Positions 1-9,220 of a DNA stretch of 64,000 nt are shown piece by piece. The notes under the pieces were generated by a model. The model searched no databases. It saw nothing but the letters and a program-made list of their open reading frames with translations, and was not told where the DNA came from. A program made the position numbers and the translations under genes. The stretch comes from an uncultured beta proteobacterium (GTDB taxonomy: Bacteria > Pseudomonadota > Gammaproteobacteria > Burkholderiales > SG8-39). Location: contig CAVRDW010000005.1 of the NCBI GenBank assembly GCA_963719995.1, forward strand, positions 576,100 to 640,099, read 5' to 3'. Every line of letters begins with the position of its first letter. The stretch's first letter is position 1.

Positions 1-1
1 A

Positions 2-892
2 GGTACGCGCGTCGACGGATTCCTCGAGTTCAGCCTCGGCTACGACAGCAACGTCGCCAGCGCCACCGCCAGCTCGCAGATCGCGATCCCGGGGCTCGGC
101 GGAGCGGCCTTCACCCTGGACCCCACGCTGGTCGAGCGCGGCGACCAGTTCTTCAATATCGCCGGCGGCGTGAATTTCACGCGCAAGCTCAGCCAGCCGT
201 GGTCGCTGATCGGCGGGATCGCCGCGACCCTGCGCCGGAATACCGACATTACGGTCTTCAACACGGACACCGTGGACGCCAGCCTCGGGGTCCGCTACAC
301 GCGCGGGCTGGACGCCTTCACGGTCGGCCTCCAGGCCCAGTATTTCGGCGTCGACTCGGCACGCTACCGCGACGCGGTCGGCGGCATTGCGCAGTGGCAG
401 CACGCCTTCGACGAGCAGACCCAGATATCGTTGTTCGGCCAGTACGCGCAGTTGCGCTACGAGGCGCAGCCGGTGCGCGACGCCGACCGCGCCGTTGTCG
501 GCGTGGCGTTCGCGCATGCCTTCAGCGGCGCGTATTCGCCGACGGTTTTCGCCAGCGTCTACGGCGGCCAGGAGGAGGCGCTGGATCCCGCCTTCGAAAA
601 TCTGAGCCACACGCCGATCGGCGTGCGCGCGGGCGGCCAGCTGCGGCTGGGCGGCGGCTGGTCGACGTTCCTTTCGGCGTCCTACGAGCAGCGCGAGTAC
701 GGCGCACCCGAGCCGCTGTTCGCGGTCGTGCGCAAGGACGAGCAGGTCGACGTGATCGCGGGCGTGAGTTACCTGTGGCGGCCCAGCACCACGGTGCTGG
801 CGCAGGTCGCCTACACCGACAACCGCTCCACCATTCCCCTGAACGACTTCGACCGCACGGTCTCGAGCGTGGCCCTGCGCTTCAATTTTTAA
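2..892 (+). CDS. outer-membrane beta-barrel protein, C-terminal part (5' end outside window); Slam/DUF560-like
   Basis: Frame 2 is open from the window edge (GTRVDGFLEFSLGYDSNV...) into the 170..892 ORF. It shows alternating hydrophobic beta-strand periodicity and ends ...SSVALRFNF, with the terminal Phe typical of OM barrels. GC3 is high. Confidence 0.6.
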   Translation, partial: GTRVDGFLEFSLGYDSNVASATASSQIAIPGLGGAAFTLDPTLVERGDQFFNIAGGVNFTRKLSQPWSLIGGIAATLRRNTDITVFNTDTVDASLGVRYTRGLDAFTVGLQAQYFGVDSARYRDAVGGIAQWQHAFDEQTQISLFGQYAQLRYEAQPVRDADRAVVGVAFAHAFSGAYSPTVFASVYGGQEEALDPAFENLSHTPIGVRAGGQLRLGGGWSTFLSASYEQREYGAPEPLFAVVRKDEQVDVIAGVSYLWRPSTTVLAQVAYTDNRSTIPLNDFDRTVSSVALRFNF

Positions 893-996
893 TCGAAGGC
901 CGCTGTGCGTGACGAAATGCCTGTCTGGAAACCCACTGCGAATTGACAATCGCAGATGATTCTCTCGTTGCAACCGCGAAGTCCATGGAGAGCGCC

Positions 997-2427
997 ATGA
1001 AGGCAGCCACGCCGCATCGATTGAACCGCAGCCAGGTACTCCTGGCACTGATTTCGGCCGCGTTCGCCGTAGAGGCCGGCGCCGCCGCGGGGCGCGTGGA
1101 GTTCGCCTTCGGTGGCGCGAGCGTGACGGGGGCCGATGGCCGCACGCGGCCCGCGATGCGCGGCAGCGATCTGGACACGGGCGACGTCGTACGCACCACC
1201 GACGGACGCGTGCAAATCCGGATGACGGACGGCGCCTACATCTCGCTGCAACCCAATAGCGAATGGGGCATCAAGAGCTACCGCTTCGAAGGCAGGACGG
1301 ATGGCACGGAGAGCGCGATCTACTCGCTGGTCAAGGGTGCGATGCGCACCGTGACCGGGCTGGTCGGGCGCGTCAACCGCAACCGCTACCAGGTCGGCAC
1401 CCCGACGGCAACGGTCGGCATCCGGGGCACCGGCGGCCTGATCCAGGTCCTGCAGGACGGCTCCACGCTGGTGCAGGGCACCAGCGGCATCTGGTTCCTC
1501 GCCAATCCTTCGGGCTCGATCGACATCCGGGCCGGCGTCTCCGGACTTGCGCCCGCCGATCCCAAGCAGCCGCCGCGGGAAACCGCGGCTGTGCCTTTCG
1601 CAGGACCGACGCCGCCGACCGTGGAGAAGAAGGCGGAGTACGTGCAGGGAGACCAAAGAACCGAATCCGGAGATCCCGTCCTCACGGTAGATCCCCTTCT
1701 CGCACCACCGAGCGGGCCGATGCTGCCAAGCGGCTCAGGATACCTGGGGACAGTTGCCTACGGCTGGTCCGGCAGCCCCCAGATGACCTTCACGCAAGGC
1801 GCAACGGCAACGTTCGATGCGGCCGGTCGATTGACGTCCATTTCCGACTCGTTCGGCCAGATTCTTTCCTCCGACGGTAGGTCGATCATCGACTACGGCA
1901 ACGACGGCATCATCGCCTGGGGGCGCTGGACCGGCAATGTGACCGGCCTGGCAAACATTGATGGTCTGCTCGTCGTCAATGAGAACTACAGTGCGAACCA
2001 AGGATTGCATTACGTCGTCGGCATGCCGACTGCGCAGATGCCCACGGTGGGGTCCGCGACCTACACCTTGCTTGGCGCGACTTCGCCGACCTACATCGAT
2101 GGCAGCACTGCGCCAGGAACGTTGACGGGGAATCTCAACGTGAATTTCGGACAGATGACCGTCGGAGTGAACCTCAACGTCGCCATGCCGGACGGCAAGG
2201 GATACGGTGTGGGCGGCGCTGCGCAGATTTCCAGCAACTTCATCTTCGGCTCCACCGGCAACGGCCTCACGACCACCGGCACTGGCGGCGCCTGCAGCAG
2301 CGGCTGCAGTGCGCTGGTCAACGGCTTCTTCGCCGGTACGAGCGCTGAACGTGTGGGGCTCGGGTACCACATCAACGACATCGCCTCCAGCAAGGACCTG
2401 ATCGGGGCGGCGGCGTTCAAGAAGTAG
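997..2427 (+). CDS. secreted FecR-domain protein with C-terminal TbpB-like (Slam-substrate-type) beta-barrel domain
   Basis: From ORF 943..2427. A start at Met 997 (alternative 985) gives the Sec-type signal MKAATPHRLNRSQVLLALISAAFAVEA with no lipobox Cys. FecR-like segment: GDVVRTTDGRVQIRMTDGAYISLQPNS. The C-terminus GSATYTLLG...LNVNFGQMTVG...VNGFFAGTSAERVGLGYHI...LIGAAAFKK matches the TbpB/fHbp-type barrel pattern. Confidence 0.65.
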   Translation: MKAATPHRLNRSQVLLALISAAFAVEAGAAAGRVEFAFGGASVTGADGRTRPAMRGSDLDTGDVVRTTDGRVQIRMTDGAYISLQPNSEWGIKSYRFEGRTDGTESAIYSLVKGAMRTVTGLVGRVNRNRYQVGTPTATVGIRGTGGLIQVLQDGSTLVQGTSGIWFLANPSGSIDIRAGVSGLAPADPKQPPRETAAVPFAGPTPPTVEKKAEYVQGDQRTESGDPVLTVDPLLAPPSGPMLPSGSGYLGTVAYGWSGSPQMTFTQGATATFDAAGRLTSISDSFGQILSSDGRSIIDYGNDGIIAWGRWTGNVTGLANIDGLLVVNENYSANQGLHYVVGMPTAQMPTVGSATYTLLGATSPTYIDGSTAPGTLTGNLNVNFGQMTVGVNLNVAMPDGKGYGVGGAAQISSNFIFGSTGNGLTTTGTGGACSSGCSALVNGFFAGTSAERVGLGYHINDIASSKDLIGAAAFKK

Positions 2428-2464
2428 CCGCGCCTGCCACGCGCTGGCGCTGGACGCCAGCCGG

Positions 2465-3118
2465 CTAATCGCGCAGGTCGTCGAGCGCGGCGTCGAGGTG
2501 GCCGGTCTCGGCCCAGGCCTGCACGCGCCAGCCCTCGCCCGACACCTCGATCCAGTTGATTGCCGCGTTCGGGATCTCGAAGTCCCGCGGCGCAGCGAGG
2601 CCGATGCCGAGCGCGTGGCGGCGCACCATTTCGAGCACGCCCCCGTGCGTGAACACCAGCACCTGCTCGCCGGCGTGGCGCCGCGCGATGGCGGCCACGC
2701 AGGCGAGCGCGCGCTCGTTGAAGCGCGCCAGGCTCTCGCCGCCTTCGAAATCGTAGTCGAGCTCCTTCGCCTTGAAGCGCGCGAAGTCGCGGGGGAAGCG
2801 CTCGCGCGCCTCGGCGTAGGTGAGCGTCTCGAACTTGCCGTAGTGCCGCTCGCGCAGCGCCGCCTCCAGCCGTGGCGCGAGGCCGAGCGCTCGCGCTGCG
2901 GGCGCGGCGGTCTGGCGCACGCGCTCGAGGTCGCTCGCGTAGAGCGCGGCAAAGCGCTCGCCGGCGAGCGTCCCCGCCAGCGCCAGCGCCTGCGCCTCGC
3001 CGAGTGCCGAGAGCGGCACGTCGGTCTGCCCCTGCACGCGGCCCTCGGCGTTCCACGCGGTCTCGCCGTGACGGATGACGCAAAGCCGGGCCGGGAGCAC
3101 TCTGCTCTTTCCGTCCAT
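2465..3118 (-). CDS. histidine phosphatase family protein (phosphoglycerate mutase-like)
   Basis: Catalytic RHGET motif near the N-terminus (CVIRHGETAWN) and a distal His in VFTHGGVL; 217 aa. Confidence 0.85.
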   Translation of the reverse strand: MDGKSRVLPARLCVIRHGETAWNAEGRVQGQTDVPLSALGEAQALALAGTLAGERFAALYASDLERVRQTAAPAARALGLAPRLEAALRERHYGKFETLTYAEARERFPRDFARFKAKELDYDFEGGESLARFNERALACVAAIARRHAGEQVLVFTHGGVLEMVRRHALGIGLAAPRDFEIPNAAINWIEVSGEGWRVQAWAETGHLDAALDDLRD

Positions 3119-3138
3119 CCCGGTATCATAGCCGCGCC

Positions 3139-4224
3139 ATGGCCGAGCACCCCGCCCACGCGCAGCGCGTCACCATCCCCAGCATCGAGCAGGAGGAGCT
3201 GCGCGGCATCTCGCGCACCGTGGCCGAGATCGAGTGGCTGCTGCTGATCCTGGTGCTGGTCTACCTGGTGTTCGGCTGGCCGCAGCCCGACACCGAGCCG
3301 GCCCTGTCGATGGCGATGTTCTTCTACGCCGCCTTCATCATGAGCTTCCGCTACGCGAACTTCTACAAAGACGAGTCGCGCGGGAAGATCGCGATCGAAA
3401 CCGTGTCGATGATCGTGTTCATCACCTGGGCGCTGTGGATCACCGGCGGCCTGGCGAGCCCGCTGCTCAACGCCTACCTGCTGGTGGTGATCACCAGCGC
3501 GCTGACGCTGGGCAAGGCCGTGACGCTCGCCGAGGTGGCGCTGATCGGGCTGTGCTGCCTGTTCCTCGACTGGCAGGTCGGCGGCAAGGACATGGGAAGG
3601 CTCGCCTACTGGGGCGGCTTCCTGGCGCAACTCACGCCGATCGTGCTGGTGGCCTACATCACCACCATGTTCTCGGCCGACATCCGCTACGGCCTGCACC
3701 GCGCCAAGCTCCTTTCGGAGACCGACGAGCTCACCGGCATCTACAACATGCGCGGATTCGCGGTGATCGCCACGCGCCTGTTCGCGCAGGCGCAGCGCTA
3801 CGACCGCCCGGCAAGCCTGCTGATGGTGGACTCGGACAACCTCAAGCAGGTGAACGACACGCACGGCCACGAGGCCGGCAATCGCCTGCTGCGGCACGTG
3901 GTGAAATCGATGCAGGCGCAGCTGCGCTTTACCGACGTGGCGGCGCGCTACGGCGGCGACGAGTTCGTGGTCTTGCTGCCGGACACGCCCATCCGCGGCG
4001 CGCTTGAAGTCGCCGAGCGCATGCGGCGCGCGATCGAGGAGGCGCCCTTCGCCACAGACCACGACCGCGTGCCCTGCACGGTGAGCATCGGCGCCGCGAG
4101 CTTTCCGGAGCACGGCCGCAGCCTGGACGCCCTCATGTCGCGCGCCGACCGGGCGCTCTACCAGGCGAAATCGGGCGGCCGCAACCGCATCGTGCAGGCC
4201 GCCGCAAGCCCTGCCGCCGCCTAG
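3139..4224 (+). CDS. membrane-anchored diguanylate cyclase (GGDEF domain)
   Basis: The N-terminal half has about 5-6 hydrophobic helices. The C-terminal GGDEF domain has an intact ARYGGDEFVVLL motif and an RxxD I-site (RFTD) five residues upstream. Confidence 0.9.
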   Translation: MAEHPAHAQRVTIPSIEQEELRGISRTVAEIEWLLLILVLVYLVFGWPQPDTEPALSMAMFFYAAFIMSFRYANFYKDESRGKIAIETVSMIVFITWALWITGGLASPLLNAYLLVVITSALTLGKAVTLAEVALIGLCCLFLDWQVGGKDMGRLAYWGGFLAQLTPIVLVAYITTMFSADIRYGLHRAKLLSETDELTGIYNMRGFAVIATRLFAQAQRYDRPASLLMVDSDNLKQVNDTHGHEAGNRLLRHVVKSMQAQLRFTDVAARYGGDEFVVLLPDTPIRGALEVAERMRRAIEEAPFATDHDRVPCTVSIGAASFPEHGRSLDALMSRADRALYQAKSGGRNRIVQAAASPAAA

Positions 4225-4288
4225 CAGCGCCCCCTGCTCCCCGGGGGGTGCGGGGGGCGCAAGTGGCGCCGCAGCGCCCCCTGCTCCC
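4224..4288. repeat. intergenic 17-18 nt direct repeat (GCAGCGCCCCCTGCTCC) flanking GC-rich hairpins; possible bidirectional terminator between convergent genes
   Basis: The same 17-18-mer occurs at 4224..4241 and 4271..4288. GCGCCCCC (4227..4234) is complementary to GGGGGCGC (4253..4260). The region lies between the stops of the GGDEF gene and a TctC gene. Confidence 0.4.
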
Positions 4289-5260
4289 TTAGTCAGCGCG
4301 GATGTTGTTGTCCTTGACGACCTTGCCCCAGCGCTGCATCTCGGCGGTCAGCCACTGCTGCAGCTGATCGGGGCTCGAGACGACGAGGTCCATCCCCAGC
4401 GTCTCGGTCAGCGTCTTTCTCACGTCGGGCAGGTTGAAGACCTTCACCAGCTCGGCGTTGAACTTGTCGATGATCGGCTTGGGTGTCCCGGCCGGGGCGA
4501 AGATGCCCCACCAGGCGTACGCCGTGAGCCCGGGGAAACCCTGCTCGATCAGCGTCGGCACGTCCGGCAGCGCCGCCGAGCGCTTGTCCCCCGCCACCGC
4601 GACGGCGCGCATGCGGCCGCCGCGCACGTGAGGCGTGAGCAGCGCCACCGAGCCGATGCCCAGCTCGATCTGCCCGCCGAGCATGTCCTGCGTCATCGGG
4701 CCGCCGCCGCGGTAGGGCGCGTGCGTCAGCTTGATCCCCGCCTGCTGCTGCGCCATCACCAGCAACAGGTGGCCGAGCGTGCCGTTGCCGATCGAGCCGA
4801 CGCTTACCGATTCCGGCTTCGCCTTGGAAGCGGCCACGACGTCCGCGAAGCTGCGCCAGGACTTGGCCGACGCCGTCGCGATCGCATACGGCGCGGTGCC
4901 GACCAGCATCACCGGCGCGAAATCCTTCGCCGTGTCGAAAGGCAGGTTCGGGATCAGCGCGCCGTTGACCGCGTGCGAGTCGAAGACGAAGACGAAGGTG
5001 TAGCCGTCCGGCGGAGACTTCGCCACATACGCGGTGCCGACCGTGCCGCCGGCGCCCGAGCGGTTCTCCACGATGAACTGCTGCTTGAGCGCATCGCCGA
5101 GCTTGGCGCCCGCCAGCCGCGCCAGCGGATCCACCGAGCCGCCGGGCGGAAACGGCACCACGAACTTCACCGGCTTCGCCGGCCACTCCTGCGCCGCCGC
5201 CCCGAGCGGCGCCGCCGCGAGCAGCGACAGCAGCACTCCCATCCACATGCGATGCCTCAT
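4289..5260 (-). CDS. Bug-family tripartite tricarboxylate transporter substrate-binding protein (TctC paralogue)
   Basis: Signal peptide, then PAKPVKFVVPFPPGGSVDPLAR...ENRSGAGG...PDGYT...HAPYRGGGP, the hallmark Bug/TctC pattern; 323 aa. Confidence 0.9.
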   Translation of the reverse strand: MRHRMWMGVLLSLLAAAPLGAAAQEWPAKPVKFVVPFPPGGSVDPLARLAGAKLGDALKQQFIVENRSGAGGTVGTAYVAKSPPDGYTFVFVFDSHAVNGALIPNLPFDTAKDFAPVMLVGTAPYAIATASAKSWRSFADVVAASKAKPESVSVGSIGNGTLGHLLLVMAQQQAGIKLTHAPYRGGGPMTQDMLGGQIELGIGSVALLTPHVRGGRMRAVAVAGDKRSAALPDVPTLIEQGFPGLTAYAWWGIFAPAGTPKPIIDKFNAELVKVFNLPDVRKTLTETLGMDLVVSSPDQLQQWLTAEMQRWGKVVKDNNIRAD

Positions 5261-5273
5261 GGACTTCTCCCGG

Positions 5274-6632
5274 CTAAATGGCGAATTCGAGGTAAGTGTA
5301 TATGTAGTTCGAGCCGCCGTTGACGTTGTTGAGCAGCTGCGAGAAACCGAAGATGCCCGAGCGGTGCGACACCCCGAGCCCGAAGAAGGTGTTGCGCAAG
5401 GTGCGGCTGCCGAACAGGTCGCCGACGCTGAAATCCACGGTCGGGTCGAGGTAAGTGAGCAGCTTGTTCGAATGACGGTTGCGATCCTCCTGCGCCTGGG
5501 CCTCGATGTACGGTACGCGGCCGGCGTAGGAAAGGCCCGTGCCCATGCCGAGCCGCGTCTTCACGCGGTGGTTCCACGGCAGGCCGTACCAGTAGCTCTT
5601 GAAGTACGCATTCAGCTGCCAGGAGTTGGGCTGGCGCCCGTTCTCGTCGTGGTAGAGCAGCCCGAGGTAGCCGGCGATATCCACGTTCCAATCGTTCAGG
5701 CGCTCGATCAGCGTGCGCCCGATCTCGATCGAGCTCACCGTGGTCTCGTCCGCCGTGCTGGTCGAAGTGCAGCGCAGCAGCAGGATCTTGGCGAGGTCGC
5801 AGTCGGTCGCCTTGCCGTAATAGGCCTTCACCCACAGCGGGCGCGTCTCGGGCGCAGGGCGCTGCGGCGAATGATCGTAGAGCACGCCGAGGCTCACCGC
5901 GGGCTGCAGGCTGCCGTCCACGATCGGGCTGTGGCGCACGGTGCTCGACCACTGCGTGGCCGAGATGCCCGCGATCAACTTCCAGCGCGCATCGAGCGCG
6001 TAGCTGGCGTACAGCGCGAGTTCCAGGTTGAGCCCGGCACCCGCCTGGTAGGCCGGGCGCGTCGGGGTGGCTTCGCCGGGCAGCACGCCGTAGTAGTAGT
6101 CGTTGAGCTTCGCGTCGCGCCATGCGAGCGTGACCTGCGGCCAGTAGCGCAGTCCGCCGTTGCCGCGCTCCAGCCGGTAGCCGAGCCGCAGCTCGGTGCC
6201 CCCGGACTCCCCGTCCACGTTGTGCAGCAGCTCGCCGAAGGCCGTGCCTTCGCCGAAGCGCCGGCGGTAGCCCAGGCCGAAGTCCGTGCCGGGCTCGCGG
6301 ATCGCCATGCCATCGAGCACCGGCGGAATGCCGTCCCTCGGCGTGCCCTCGTAGCGGTGCGCGAGAAACAGGTCGACGCGGCTCGCCGCGCCGAAATCGA
6401 ACTTCAGGCCCACGCGATCGGCATGCCAGTAGGCGTGCTCGCCGAAGTACAGGTTGATGGGAAGGTAGTCGGCGCGCGCGCCCTCGTCCTTGTAGATGGA
6501 GCGCGTGAGCCGCAAGGCGACGCCTTCGCCGGCGCCGCCTTCGGGATACGGATCGACCAGCGGGTAGTCGCCCGCCTGCGCGGCGAGCGGCGCCAGGCAC
6601 AGCGACAGCAGGATGACATGCCAGGCGCGCAA
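5274..6632 (-). CDS. outer-membrane protein: MipA/OmpV-like N-terminal barrel fused to a PagL/acyloxyacyl-hydrolase-like C-terminal region
   Basis: Signal peptide MRAWHVILLSLCLAPLAAQA. MipA-type motifs NDYYYGV, RPAYQAG and RHSPIVDG occur in the first ~270 aa. The C-terminal ~180 aa carries GLGVSHRSGIFG (H-x-S) and ends YTYLEFAI. Confidence 0.55.
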   Translation of the reverse strand: MRAWHVILLSLCLAPLAAQAGDYPLVDPYPEGGAGEGVALRLTRSIYKDEGARADYLPINLYFGEHAYWHADRVGLKFDFGAASRVDLFLAHRYEGTPRDGIPPVLDGMAIREPGTDFGLGYRRRFGEGTAFGELLHNVDGESGGTELRLGYRLERGNGGLRYWPQVTLAWRDAKLNDYYYGVLPGEATPTRPAYQAGAGLNLELALYASYALDARWKLIAGISATQWSSTVRHSPIVDGSLQPAVSLGVLYDHSPQRPAPETRPLWVKAYYGKATDCDLAKILLLRCTSTSTADETTVSSIEIGRTLIERLNDWNVDIAGYLGLLYHDENGRQPNSWQLNAYFKSYWYGLPWNHRVKTRLGMGTGLSYAGRVPYIEAQAQEDRNRHSNKLLTYLDPTVDFSVGDLFGSRTLRNTFFGLGVSHRSGIFGFSQLLNNVNGGSNYIYTYLEFAI

Positions 6633-6736
6633 GCCGCGCTCCCTTCTCGTTGCGGACGCGCGAGCTTACATGGAATCGCGAGGGGCCTTCTTGCGCTCGC
6701 CCCTGTCGCCGGGGGAAGCGGCGCGGCCGCGCGGCG

Positions 6737-7603
6737 CTAAGCGGCGGCGGGCACGTCCTCGGTCGAGGTGCGCCGCAGCTCCCGGTGCCGCGAGAGATCG
6801 AAGGGCCTGCCGCGGTGGATCACCGCGCGGTTGTCCCACATGACGCTGTCGCCGGGCAGCCAAAGGTGGCGGTAGACGAACTCGCGCTGCGTCGCGTGCT
6901 CGAGCAATTCCGCGAGCAGCATGCGTCCTTCCGCGAGCGTCAGCTCCGTGACGTGAGTGGCGTGGATGCCCACCCAGAGCAGCTTCCTCTTCGAGCCCGG
7001 GTGCACGCGCACCAGCGGCCACTCCGCCGGCGGGATCGCATCGAGTTCCGCCTGCGAGTACTTCTCGCCCAGCCACTGCCGCGAGTGCAGCGCGAAATGC
7101 GGCGCGTGCAGTCCTTCGAGCCTCGACTGGGTTTCCGCGGGCAGCGCGTCGTAGGCGGCGCGCAGGTCGGCGAACTCCGTCTCGCCGCCCTGCGCCGGTA
7201 CCACCACCGCGTGCAGGATCGAGTAGCGCGCGGCCGGCTTCTGGAACGAGCTGTCGGAGTGCCAGAGCTGGTTGGCAAGGTTGGACACCGTCTTGCGGTG
7301 GCTGCGGTCGTAGACCTTGCCCTGCGCATCCACGTTCGAGATGTCGATGATCTCGTCGTAACCGGTGAGGTTGGCGGCCACGCGCGTCGCTTTCTTGAGG
7401 CCGAGGTCGAGCGGCCCGAAGCTCTTTGCGAACGCGAGTTGCTCCTCCAGCGTGAGCGGCTGGCCGCGGAACACCAGCACCGCGTACCGGTCCATGGCGC
7501 GCTCGATCTCGCGCACCGACTCCGGTACGAGCGGCTTGCGCAAGTCGACGCCGCTCGCCTCGGCGGCGAAGAGTGGGTGCAGCGGCTCTAGTTCCAGCGC
7601 CAT
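6737..7603 (-). CDS. TauD/TfdA-family Fe(II)/2-oxoglutarate-dependent dioxygenase
   Basis: 288 aa with N-terminal LEPLHPLFAAEASGVDL, the WHSDSSF metal-binding motif and a late HRG motif (VIHRGRPF). Confidence 0.85.
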   Translation of the reverse strand: MALELEPLHPLFAAEASGVDLRKPLVPESVREIERAMDRYAVLVFRGQPLTLEEQLAFAKSFGPLDLGLKKATRVAANLTGYDEIIDISNVDAQGKVYDRSHRKTVSNLANQLWHSDSSFQKPAARYSILHAVVVPAQGGETEFADLRAAYDALPAETQSRLEGLHAPHFALHSRQWLGEKYSQAELDAIPPAEWPLVRVHPGSKRKLLWVGIHATHVTELTLAEGRMLLAELLEHATQREFVYRHLWLPGDSVMWDNRAVIHRGRPFDLSRHRELRRTSTEDVPAAA

Positions 7604-7611
7604 GATTCCAG

Positions 7612-7672
7612 GGGCCGAAAATTGGGGTCAGGGCCGAATTAATCTTGCGAGAAATAATTCGGCCCTGACCCC
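7612..7672 (-). terminator. rho-independent terminator candidate after the MlrC-like gene (perfect 18-bp stem)
   Basis: GGGGTCAGGGCCGAATTA (7624..7641) is perfectly complementary to TAATTCGGCCCTGACCCC (7655..7672). The stem begins 4 nt after the stop at 7677..7679 and is followed on the minus strand by AATTTTCGG. Confidence 0.6.
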
Positions 7673-7676
7673 GATT

Positions 7677-9146
7677 TTACGGGTCCAGGGGATACGCCGG
7701 GCGGCGCACCCGGTTGAACTTGAGCTGCGCATAGTCCGACGTGCACACGCCCTCGCCCGCGCATTCCACCACCGCCTTGGCGAGCGGCCCCAGCCCGGCC
7801 CTCCAGTGCACGCGGCTCTTGAGCATGAGGTACTTCTTCTTCGCGGGCTGCAGGCCGAGCGCGCGGAAGCATCCCATATCGTAGGGCTCGGTATGGCGCG
7901 AGATCACCGCGATTTCCACTTTCCCGGTGTCGAGCACGACGGACGGCCCCATGTCCATCAGCTCTCCCTTCGCCATCGGCCCCTCGTTCTTGTACAGGCC
8001 ATCGACGATCTTCTTGACGGTACCAGTAACCGTGAGCGGCCTGCCTTTGAGGCCGAGGGCTGGCATGTCGAGCTTGCCGCCGAGCGGCAGCGTGACGCGT
8101 GCGCCCAACCCCGCCTCCTGCATCTGGCGCACCGCCTGCGGATCGAAGACGGCGAAGGCGCAGACGTCTTCCATCCCCGCTTCGAGGATGCCGCCGAGCA
8201 CCGCCATGGTGTCCATGGTGCCGCCCGAGGCGCAGTTGTCGTAGTGATCGAGCAGCACCACCGGTCCGCCTTGCATCTGGCGCGCGCGAGCGAGCGACTG
8301 CGCGAGCGGCTCGATGCGGTAGACGAACTGCTCGCGGCTGCGCCAGGCCATGTCGAGCAATTCGTCGGCGAGGCGCTTGGCGCGCGCGGCATCGCCCTCG
8401 GTGACGACCACCGCCGACACGCCCGCGTAGGGAATATCGGCATGCGGAAAACCGACGAAAAAAGTCGCGGCGAGTGCGCCCTCCTTCTCCATCGCTTTCG
8501 CGCGCGCCTGGATCTCGCGGTTCGGCGCATCGAGGCTCGACTGGCGCATCACGTGCGGCAGCATCGGCCGCCAGCCCCAGGCCATCGCTGGCCGCGACCG
8601 ACCTTCCAGCATCGCCAGGACCGGGCGGCCCGCACGCATCCCGGTGTCGTACATGTCCACGTGCGGGTAGGTCTGGTAGCCGGCGATGACGGTGGCGTAC
8701 TGCCCCATCGCGGGGAAGAAGTTGGTGTGCATGTCCAGGGCCACGCCCACCGGCACCCCGGGCGCGATCTTGCGGATGCGCGCGAGCAGCTCCCCCTCGC
8801 CGTCCTCGTGCCGCTCGGTGACCATCGCGCCGTGCAGGTCGAGCAGCACCGCGTCGCAGCCCTTCGCGACCGCATCGAGGATGCGCTGCGTCATGTATTC
8901 GTAGGCCGCCGTGTGCACGGGGCCGCTCGGCGCGGCGCTGCCCGCGACCGCCAGCACCATCTCCGCGCCCGCCTTCTCCGCGAGCTCGATGAACGCGCCG
9001 GTGCCGGTGCCGGTGCCCCTGAAGGCAGCGCGGATTTCCTCGCCCTCGAGCGGGGTCGCGCGTCCACGCGCGAAGCGCGCGAGATCCGTCGGCACCGGAG
9101 AGAAGGTGTTGGTCTCGTGCTTCATCTGTGCAATGACAAGGCGCAT
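7677..9146 (-). CDS. M81-family metallopeptidase (MlrC/microcystinase C-like)
   Basis: From ORF 7677..9272. The family-typical N-terminus MRLVIAQMKHETNTFSP begins at Met 9146; 489 aa. Confidence 0.8.
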   Translation of the reverse strand: MRLVIAQMKHETNTFSPVPTDLARFARGRATPLEGEEIRAAFRGTGTGTGAFIELAEKAGAEMVLAVAGSAAPSGPVHTAAYEYMTQRILDAVAKGCDAVLLDLHGAMVTERHEDGEGELLARIRKIAPGVPVGVALDMHTNFFPAMGQYATVIAGYQTYPHVDMYDTGMRAGRPVLAMLEGRSRPAMAWGWRPMLPHVMRQSSLDAPNREIQARAKAMEKEGALAATFFVGFPHADIPYAGVSAVVVTEGDAARAKRLADELLDMAWRSREQFVYRIEPLAQSLARARQMQGGPVVLLDHYDNCASGGTMDTMAVLGGILEAGMEDVCAFAVFDPQAVRQMQEAGLGARVTLPLGGKLDMPALGLKGRPLTVTGTVKKIVDGLYKNEGPMAKGELMDMGPSVVLDTGKVEIAVISRHTEPYDMGCFRALGLQPAKKKYLMLKSRVHWRAGLGPLAKAVVECAGEGVCTSDYAQLKFNRVRRPAYPLDP

Positions 9147-9220
9147 GGCGGTGAGGGCGCTGCGAGGCAAGAATACCAAGTCTCCCATGCTAGGATGCCC
9201 CGCCAAATGGATAAGCCCGC

